Made by a program: the position numbers and the translations under genes | In this document: in pieces, positions 12,734-22,700 of the stretch | Layout: each line of letters starts with the position of its first letter | How positions within the stretch are numbered: position 1 is the first letter of the stretch | Notes under the pieces: model-generated | The model's input: only the letters and a program-made list of their open reading frames with translations | The model's database searches: none | What the model was told of the DNA's origin: nothing | Source: Malacoraja senta | Taxonomy: Eukaryota | Length of the DNA: 64,000 bases | Direction of reading: 5' to 3' | Assembly: GCA_038087875.1 (NCBI GenBank) | Contig: CM075981.1 | Span: 1,302,001 to 1,366,000, forward strand

Positions 12734-12761
12734 CTGAAGAAGGGTCTCGACCCGAAACGTC
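12734..12761 (+). ncRNA. Minimal type I hammerhead ribozyme motif in a Penelope-derived terminal repeat (best-preserved copy; duplicate at 50274..50301)
   Basis: CTGAAGA, stem II (GGGT-CTCG-ACCC), GAAA, C-GTC with a palindromic ACGT helix III. Helix I is weak in this copy, so activity is doubtful. Confidence 0.55.
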
Positions 12762-13185
12762 ACGCATTCCTTCTCTCCAGAGACGCTGCCTCTCCCGCTG
12801 TGGTTCTCCAGCACTTTGTGTATATCTATACTGTATTCACTGGATTCACTGCTCCACCTCATGACTTATTTCTCTGTGTTCTCCGGATCCATTTAACCGT
12901 GTAATCTCTCATTGCCAGGCTTGTAGCCATGCTCCAGCAATGAGGTTAGGAATTGGTGCTTTTTAATAAATGGTTGTTGTCAATAAATGGTTTGTCTAAT
13001 TTGTTTTGTTTAGACTGCAACTTTTGTGATGAAGAACAGACTGCAATCAGGCTGCTGGATAGTCCTCGTGTTGCCAAACATTAAAGGCGTTTAGGAAAGG
13101 CATTCAAATAATCGTTCAGACCATGCTATCCCATCAGGACTAAATTATGCAACGACATTGTTCTAACTATTAGCCTTATTTTTCC

Positions 13186-13745
13186 CGCCGAGCCTGCGCC
13201 TGTTCTCGCTTCTCGGCGATCGTTTCGCTGAACACCTCCGCTCAGTCCGTCTAAACCTACCTGATATCACGGTCGCTAAACACTTTAACTCCCCCTCCCA
13301 TTCCCACACTGACATTTCTGTCCTGGGCCTCCTCCAGTGTCAGAGTGAGTCCCAGCGCAAATTGGAGGAACAGCACGTCATATTTCGCTTGGGCAGCTTA
13401 CACCCTAGCGGTGTGAACATTGACTTCTCTAACTTCAGTAACAATTGCATTCAGTCTCAACCCCCCACCCCTCCTTCCCAGTTCTCCGATGAGTATGACA
13501 GTCTCCGACTACATTTGATCTCTAATTGCTTTTTTGTTACCTTCTCCCAGCTAACAATTATTTATTCTACATTTCCTTTGATCTGCATACCCTTTGTCCC
13601 ATCTTCACACCTTACATTTCCTTATCCAAGTATCTCCCTCTCCCCTGACTTCAGTCTGAAGAAAGATCTCGACCCGAAACGTCACCCAAAACTTTCATAC
13701 AGAAATGCTGCGTGTCCCGCTGAGATACTCCAGCATTTTGTCCAA
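13186..13745 (+). mobile_element. Penelope-like GIY-YIG 3' fragment; inverted arm deleted in this copy
   Basis: LGDRFAEHLRSVRLNLPD...LEEQHVIFRLG followed by the terminal repeat; compare 50800..51490. Confidence 0.82.
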
Positions 13746-14823
13746 CAATATTTTTCGTGTATTAAGTGATTGAAAGGTACAGCATGGATACAGACCATTT
13801 GGCCCACCGAGCCCACGTCACCCAGCAATCAACCCTTTCACACGAGTTCTATATAACCGCATTTTCGCGTCTTTTGATAACAGTAATCTTGATAAACATT
13901 TTAATGCTGCAACGAGTCCACCGTACAAAGGAATTAAAGCACTATAAATAATGACCACGGTGGCGCAACGGTAGAGTTGCTGCCTTACAACGCTTGCAGC
14001 ACCGGAGACCCGGGTTCGATCCCGATTACGGGAGCTGTCTGTTCGGATTTTGAACGTTTACCCCATGACCGCGTGAGTTTTCTCCGAGATCTTCGGTTTC
14101 CTCCCACACTCTAAGGACGTACAGGTATGTAGGTTAATTGGCTTGCTATAAATGCAAATTGTCCCCAGTGTGTGTGGGTAGTGTTAATGTGCGTCGATCG
14201 CTGGTCAGTGTGGACTCGGTGGGCCGAAGGGCCTGTTTCCGCGCTGTGTCTCTAAACTAAACTAAACTAAACTAGTGGAAAGTATATTCATGTCCAGAAC
14301 AAAATGGCTGAGTTGCAGCTTGCAAAGCGCGGGGTGTGAAACTGCAAATACATTGTGTTGCTTTCCTCTGTCTGACTTGTGACTGTAACCCCGCCCATGA
14401 AAGAACTATAAAGGATGTTGTTTGGAAATAAGAAATGGTGACCTGCAAAAACGGACTATAAGTTCGGAAAGACTCAAGGATTGCTTTGGGTAAAATGTTT
14501 CACTGCCAAAGATAAATATTCACGGCACAGTAAGCGGGGAGACAAGGAAATAAGACCAGGGGCTGCTTTGAACTCACAAATCCCCAGGTCAGGGATATCC
14601 GAGGGGTGCTGAATAGCCAGAGATACTTGCAGATTCTGTGGTCACACTGATGTTGCCTGGCCCGTTGAAATTGGGCTTATTAATGGTCCAATGGGAGGAA
14701 TTGGAGCTTTTCCCCACTGCAAGACATCCCAAAGTGCCTCACAGATCGTGAGAGGTAAACGGTCTAAGATGCCAGAGATAGACACAAAACACTGGAGCAA
14801 CTCAGCGGGATAGGCAGCATCAC

Positions 14824-17800
14824 GAGGTCGTGATACATATAGGTGCCAATGACATAGGTAAAAAAAGAGAAGAGGTCCTGAAAGGAGAATTTAGGGAGTT
14901 AGGAGGGGAGTTAAAGAGAAGGACAGCAAAGGTAACAATCTCGGGATTACTGCCTGTGCCACGCGACAGTGAGAGTAGGAATGGAGCGAGGTGGATGATA
15001 AATGCGTGGCTGAAGGACTGGTGCAGAAAGCAGGGATTCAAATTTCTGGATCATTGGGACCTCTTTTGTGGAAGGTTCGACCTGTACAAAAAGGATGGGT
15101 TGCACTTGAACCTGAGGGGGACCGATATCCTGGCGGGGAGATCTGCAAAGGCTACTGGGGAGACTTGAAGGCTACTAGAATGGTTGGAGGGAGGGACTCA
15201 AATAGAGAATGCTATTAGACAGTGTGTGAGGCAGGAGGCAGAGAAGGAAAGCACTCAGACCCAACATGTAGTGGGGAAAGAAGAAAACAATAATAAACAG
15301 AGAATAAGAGGTGGTGGGGTTCTTAAATGGGTGAGCAGAGAAACAGAGGGATGTAAAATGCGGGCGGAAGCAATAGGTAGCAAGGTGAAAAGTAAAAGTG
15401 GCAGGCAGACAAATCCACGGCAAAAATCAAAAAGAGCCACTTTTCAACATAATTGTATAAGGGGTAAGAGCGTTGTAAAAACAAGCCTGAAGGCTTTGTG
15501 TCTCAATGCAAGGAGCATTCGTAATAAGGTGGATGAGTTGAACGTGCAGATAGCAATTAATGATTATGATATAGTTGGGATCACGGAGACATGGCTCCAG
15601 GGTGACCAAGTCTGGGAGCTGAACATCCAGGGATATTCAATATTCAGGAGGGATAGAGAGAAAGGAAAAGGAGGTGGGGTAGCGTTGCTGGTTAGAGAGG
15701 AGATTAACGCAGTGGAAAGGAAGGACATTAACTTGGAGGATGTGGAATCGGTATGGGTAGAGCTGCGAAACACTAAGGGGCAGAAAACGCTGATGGGTGT
15801 TGTTACAGGCCACCTAGCAGTAGTAGTGAAGTTGGGGATGGCATCAAACAGGAAATTAGAAATGCGTGCAACAAAGGCAAAACAGTTATAATGGGTGACT
15901 TCAATCTACATATAAATTGGGTGAATCAAATTGGCAGGGGTGCTGAGGAAGAGGATTTCTTGGAATCTATGAGGGATAATTATCTAAACCAACATGTAGA
16001 GGAACCAACGAGAGAGCAGGCTATTCTAGACTGGGTATTGAGTAATGAGGAAGGGTTAGTTAGCAGACTTGTTGTGCGTGCCCCCTTGGGCAAGAGTGAC
16101 CATAATATGGTTGAGTTCTTCATGAGGATGGAGAGTGACATTGTTAATTCAGAAACAACGGTTCTGAACTTAAAGAAAGGTAACTTTGAGGGCATGAGAC
16201 GTGAATTGGCCAAGATTGACTGGCAATTAGTTCTAAAAGGGTTGACGGTGGATATGCAATGGAAGGCATTTAAAGACTGCATGGATGAACTACAAAAATT
16301 GTTCATCCCAGTTTGGCAAAAGAATAAATCAGGGAAGGTAGTGCATCCGTGGATAACAAGGGAAATCAGGGATAGTATCAAAGCAAAAGATGATGCGTAC
16401 ATATTAGCCAGAAAAAGCAGCATACCAGAGGACTGGGAGAAATTCAGAGACCTGCAGAGGAGGACAAAGGGCTTAATTAGGAAAGGGAAAATAGATTATT
16501 AAAGGAAACTGGCAGGGAACATAAAAACTAACTGCAAACGTTTTTATAGATATGTGAAGAGAAAGAGATTAGTTAAAACAAATGTGGGTCCCTTGCAGTC
16601 AGAAACAGGTGAATTGATCATGGGGAACAAGGATATGGCGGACCAATTGAATAACTACTTTGGTTCCGTCTTCACTAAGGAAGACATAACTAATCTGCCG
16701 GAAATAGCAGGGGGCCGCGGGTCAAATGAGATGGAGGAACTGAGTGAAATCCAGGTTAGTCGGGAAGTGGTGTTGGGTAAATTGAATGGATTAAAGGCCG
16801 ATAAATCACCAGGGTCAGATAGGCTGCATCCCAGAGCACTTAAGGAAGTAGCTCCAGAAATAGTGGATGCATTAGTGATAATTTTTCAAAACTCTTTAGA
16901 TTCTGGAGTAGTTCCTGAGGATTGGAGGGTACCAAACGTAACCCCACTTTTTAAGAAGGGAGGGAGAGAGAAAACGGGGAATTACAGACCAGTTAGTCTA
17001 ACATCGGTAGTGGGGAAACTGCTAGAGTCAGTTATTAAAGATGGGATAGCAGCACATTTGGAAAGTGGTGAAATCATTGGACAAAGTCAGCATGGATTTA
17101 CGAAAGGTAAGTCGTGTCTGACGAATCTTTTTTTTAATTTTTGTTTTTATTATTTTTATTAGAAGTACGGTAATTTACAGTAATACACAACACTCGGCTG
17201 GGGGGCAGTGTTAGCTGTGAGGAGGATGCTAGGAGACTGCAAGGTGACTTGGATAGGCTGGGTGAGTGGGCAAATGTTTGGCAGATGCAGTATAATGTGG
17301 ATAAATGTGAGGTTATCCACTTTGGTGGCAAAAACGGGAAGGCAGACCATTATCTAAATGGTGGCCGATTAGGAAATGGGGAGATGCAGCGAGACCTGGG
17401 TGTCTTGGTACACCAGTGATTGAAAGTAGGCATGCAGGTACAGCAGGCAGTGAAGAAAGCGAATGGTATGTTGGCCTTCATAGCAAGAGGATTTGAGTAT
17501 AGGAGCAGGGAGGTTCTAATGCAGTTGTACAGGGTCTTGGTGAGACCACACCTGGAGTATTGCGTACAGTTTTGCTCTCCAAATCTGAGGAAGGACATTA
17601 TAGCCATAGAGGGAGTGCAGAGAAGGTTCACCAGACTAATTCCTGGGATGTCAGGACTTTCATGTGAAGAAAGACTGGATAGACTTGGCTTGAGGAGATT
17701 GAGAGGGATTTTATAGAAACGTACAAAATTCTTATGGGGTTGGACAGGCTAGATGCAGGAAGATTGTTCCCGATGTTGGGGAAGTCCAGGACAAGGGGTC

Positions 17801-18095
17801 ACAGCTTAAGGATAAGGGGGAAATCCTTTAAGACGGAGATGAGGAAAAACGTTTTCACACGGAGAGTGGTGAATCTCTGGAATTCTCTGCCACAGAGGGT
17901 AGTTGAGGCCAGTTCATTGGCTATATTTAAGTGGGAGTTAGATGTGGCCCTTGTGGCTAAAGCGATCAGGGGGTATGGAGAGAAGGCAGGTACCGGATAC
18001 TGAGTTGGATGATCAGCCATGATCATATTGAATGGCGGTGCAGGCTCGAAGGGCCGAATGGCCTACTCCTGCACCTATTTTCCATGTATCTATGT
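14824..18095 (+). mobile_element. 5'-truncated CR1 LINE (partial esterase ORF1 plus disrupted ORF2)
   Basis: TSD ATCAC at 14819..14823 and 18096..18100; empty site at 52559..52563. ORFs 14830, 15184, 15891, 16554, 17420 and 17734 are CR1 ORF1, endonuclease and RT pieces. About 334 bp of RT is deleted at about 17130. Confidence 0.95.
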
Positions 18096-19564
18096 ATCAC
18101 TAGAGAGAATGAACGGGTGACATTTCGGGTCGAGGCCACTGTTGTTTTTAGTGGTGGTACTGGCTTGCAATGTACATTAATCTTATATGTTCAAACAATA
18201 ATGTCTTTCTTTACACTGAATTGTTCTGCAGTGCTGACACTTTGCTCACGCTGCTGAAACAAGGGTGAGTAGATTCGTATCTTTGAACCGAATCTTGCGA
18301 GCAGCTCGTTGTAACACTGTTTGCTGAGCAGTGTTTGCAGAAGTCGTGGGTCAATGGCCAATGTAGACAGAATTAAATTGTTCTGCTGTATCGTCGTTTC
18401 CTCCCTGCAGTGTTTTAAGTTGGGCAATTAAACAGGAAATAGCTCTTGACAAAATATCCTTTACTGAGGTTCGCCAACGCCCATACCACGTGATGAACAA
18501 CATTGCCACTGATGCACCCAACCCGAATAAACTGCACTGTTCCCCTGAAAGTAACACAGCCAGAACGATAGCCCGCAGCAGATATTAGGTTATATTATAA
18601 TGCAACTAGTTGCCTACAGAATGAAATCGTTGCAAGCAGACGTACAAAGTCATCCAATGGAATGTACATGAACACAACTCTGATAATTTATTCGCTCTGT
18701 ATTGCGAAGCAGACAAGTTAACCATTCAATTCACCGTGCATATTCCACCTTGCTTTAACTTCACTTCGCCCTTGTTTGAGTTACATTACACATGTCAGTT
18801 ACACTCCACATCCCGCTTTCCCAGCTGATCTCCATCCGGTGGTAATTCTAGACAAACTTCGTCACAGTCCACTAGACCATTAATTTTTCATTTTCAAAAC
18901 GTGAATATCATGACAATAATGTTTCAAAGTTTGAATTAAAGAGTTGAAGCAGAGAGGAGAGGGCCAAACTCCAATTAATCTCAGCTGATTTCAGGTGAAA
19001 AGCCCCTACTTCCTAACGCCAGCTTCATGTTTTGCCCCTTGTCAACTGCAATATGCCAAAACAAATGTTCCAATGATTATATATTTGATCTGACGGTCCA
19101 CTTACAAAATCATCAAGAGGGAATGATCCGGAAGTGTACACATCTTAGATGTTTCTACTCTCCTAAATGTCATATTTTACCCAACGTATCATTGTTTACA
19201 TGAAGGGTACCGACCCGAAACGTCACCTATCCATTTTCTCCAGAGGTGCTGCCTGGCCCGCAGAGTTGCTCCTGCATTTTTTTGTCCATCAATATTTCCA
19301 CCTCTGTTCAATGTTAACAGACTCTGAGTGCAGAGATAACCACCGCTCCATCCTTACGGATACATCATACTTGACGAAGTGGTTGAAGCAGGTGCAATAA
19401 CAACATGTAACGGGCACTTGGACAGGTCCATGTATAGGGAAGGTGTGGGGAGATCTGGGTCAAACGTGGGCAAATTTGACTAACTAAGATGAACACATTG
19501 GTCTCACGCGGTGGGGGGAAGGGCCTGTTTCCGTGCTGTGTGACTCTGTGATCATCTGACCCAA

Positions 19565-19737
19565 CCATTTGCGAAATATAACCCTGAGCTTTTCACACTG
19601 TAACGTGTTGAATTGCTACTGGCTCGCTGTGGTTCAGGATCTGACGTGCAGTTCTTCCTCATTGCTATTTGAGAGATGCGGTTGTATCTGAGAGCTCAAA
19701 GCTGAGCGACAGACAGACAAGTGCTGGCATTGTCACT
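19565..19737 (+). promoter_or_regulatory. Putative TATA-less leukocyte-type promoter
   Basis: C/EBP-like TTGCGAAAT 19569..19577, RUNX TGTGGTT 19628..19634, CRE half-site TGACGT 19642..19647, Ets/PU.1 core TTCCTC 19655..19660 and RUNX TGCGGTT 19677..19683, all within 170 bp of the leader ATG. Motif matches only. Confidence 0.45.
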
Positions 19738-19786
19738 ATGGATAAAACAATGTGGATTCCAATTCTTCTCATCTCCTCGCTACCCG
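19738..19786 (+). CDS. Leader (signal peptide) exon (MDKT)MWIPILLISSLP
   Basis: ATG TGG ATT CCA ATT CTT CTC ATC TCC TCG CTA CCC G followed by a consensus donor GTGAGT at 19787. Phase 1 joins to V1 to give ...SLP-VSGA, a normal signal-peptide end. Confidence 0.85.
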
Positions 19787-22700
19787 GTGAGTGAAAGCCA
19801 TATCTAGATATTACAATGATCAATGTTAGTTGGGGTCCCGTGCACCCTTTCCACAGCACAGATGGTTAAGTATGTGTAGACATGTAATGGGGGAAATGAA
19901 ACTCAGTGCAATGTGGTGATGGATCTGAAATCACATTTGGTTATCTCGCCTAGTTCGTAGTTTAACCAGTTGACACATGGTCTATTTGCATCATGATGAT
20001 AGTTTAAATTGAGAATAGAAACAGTCCCCGATGAGCAGCGGGACATTTTGCTCCCAATTCAGGATAGTTTATTGTCACGTGTACCGAGGAACAGTGAAAA
20101 AGCTTTTTGGTTGCGTGCTAACCAGCCACCAAATAGACAGTCCATGATTACAATCGATCCTCATGAAGTGCATAGATACATGGAAAGCAAAGTTAAAGCC
20201 AGCAAAGTCCGATCAAAGGTCGTCAGAGTGTAATCAAATAGGTAGATATGAGTTCAGCACTGCTCTCTGGTTGTTGTAGGGTGCTTCAGATGCATGATAA
20301 CAGCTGGGAAGTATCTGGCGGTGTGCGTTTTCACGCTAGTAACGCTCTCTGCAAAGGGACCCGCTTTGTTGTAGTCCGTCCGTTCTCTGTCCTCGGTCAG
20401 GGCGTTGTAAAGGCAGTGGCGGCGGTGAATGTCTAAACACGGGTCCGGCCCAGTGTCGGTTGAGAGATGAATGTTGGCAGCGCAGCCGGCGGCACCGCCA
20501 TTTAAATAGTAAAGTGGGGTATTTCTGTGGGTTGAGTGGCCGGGCACCGCCTGGGATTGTTGAAAGGCAGCTCCTGCAACACTGCCGCGCTCCCTCAGTG
20601 CCGCACTGCGATCCCAGCCCAGTTTCTGTTCAGGGATCTGGAGTGGGAAGTGAACCCAAATTGTACTAGCGGGAGGAGAGAAGTGAGTCAGAGAGGGGGG
20701 GAGAGAAGTGAGTCAGAGGGGGGAAAAACAGTTGAAAAGCAGAAGCCAAGCACAGGCAGACTTTACTCACAGGTGCGGCCCGGGCTGTCGCCGAGGGAGG
20801 AAGGACGGAGCCGCGGCTCGAGAGGCTAACAGAGGCTAAGAGTTAGGCCACGCACTGCAAGGGAGCAGTGGACCAGACAGGAAGAGCGGACGGAATTACC
20901 ACTAGACAGCCAAACCAGTAGGTAATTTACGGCTGGGGTAAGTACTTTCCCATTTATAGGAGGTAGGATTATATAAATAAGGGGTGTTTAATACAGGACC
21001 AGTTAATTACTTATATAAGATGGGCGGCCAGGAGATGTGCCAATACTGTGAGATGTGGGAATTTGTCGACACCATTGATGTAGATGATCCCTACAGCTGC
21101 AGTAAGTGTTTGAGGCTAGCGGAACTCGAGCTCCGCATTGATGAGCTGGAGACCCAACTTCATACGCTGCGGTGCATCAGGGAGGGGGAGTATTACCTGG
21201 ATGTTTTGTGCCAGGGGATGGTCACACCGACCAGTTTAACTAATTCAGTAGTTAGTGAGCAGGGAAAGGAAGGTGTGGTCATAAGCGAGGCAGGTAGGGG
21301 GAACCAGGAGGAGATGCGGCAGGAGCCACAGCCCTTGTCCCTGACGAGCATGACCGAGGCTCTTACTCAATGTGAGGACGGGATCAGGGGCTGTGGGAGG
21401 GATGAGCAACCTGGCTGCAGCACCGTGGATCAGGGGGCCATTCAAGAGGGGGGAGTTAGAAGAAATGCCGTTGTGATAGGGGATAGTATTATTCGGGGGG
21501 TAGATAAGGTTCTCTGCGGCCAGCAGAACATGTCCCGAAGGCTGTGTTGCCTACCCGGTGCTAGGGTTAAGGATATCTCTGCGATGCTGGAGAGAAATTT
21601 GCAGAGTGAGGGGGAGGATCCAGTGGTCGTGGTCCATGTGGGGACCAATGACATAGGAAGGACGAGGAAGGAGGATCTGCTGAAGGAGTTTGAGCAGTTA
21701 GGGAATAAATTAAAAAGCAGAACCTCGAGGGTACTGATCTCCGGATTGCTACCTGAGCCACGGGCCAAATCGGCGAGTGTACGTAAAATTAAAAAGCTGA
21801 ATGCGTGGCTCAAAGACTGGTGTGGGAAAAATGGGTTTGGTTTCTTGGGCCACTGGCACCAGTACTGGGACAGGGGGGGATCTGTTCTGTAAGGACGGAC
21901 TTCACCTGAACGGTGCTGGGACTGGGGTCCTGGCAAATCATATAACTAGGGCAGTAGAGAGGTCTTTAAACTAAGTAGCGGGGGGGAGGTATCAAGGGGG
22001 GTAATAACGGCAGGGGTAGAGGAAATAGAGCAGGGTATCAGTGGGGAAACGGAAAATCAAAACGTGACAGGAGGATCCAGAATGTGTGAAGATAAAGCTC
22101 TAGATGTAAAAGGGGCAAAAACAGAAAGGAAGGGTAGTAAAAATCATCTGAAAGTGCTGTATCTAAATGCACGGAGTATTCGAAATAAGATAAATGAATT
22201 AATGGTGCAATTAAGTATATATAGTTATGATATCGTGGCCATTACGGAGACATGGCTGCAAGGGGATCAGGATTGGGAGTTAAATATAGAGGGGTACTCG
22301 ACAATTAGAAAAGATAGACAGGAAAGAAAGGGAGGAGGGGTGGCCCTTTTAATAAGGGAGGGAATAACGGCAATAGAGAGGAAGGATATTGCGTTGAAAG
22401 ATCAGGATAGTGAAACAGCTTGGGTACAGATAGAGAATAACAAGGGGAAAAAAACACTAGTGGGTGTAATTTATAGACCTCCAAATAGCTGTGACGCTGT
22501 TAGTCAGAACATAAATCTGCAAATAGTTGACGCATGTAAAAAGGGAACTGCTGTAATCATGGGGGACTTCAATTTTCATATTAATTGGGCAAACCAAACT
22601 GGGCAGGGTAGACTAGAGGAAGAGTTTATAGAATGTATTAGAGACGGGTTCCTAGAACAGTATGTCACAGAACCGACAAGGGGGGAGGCAATCTTGGATC

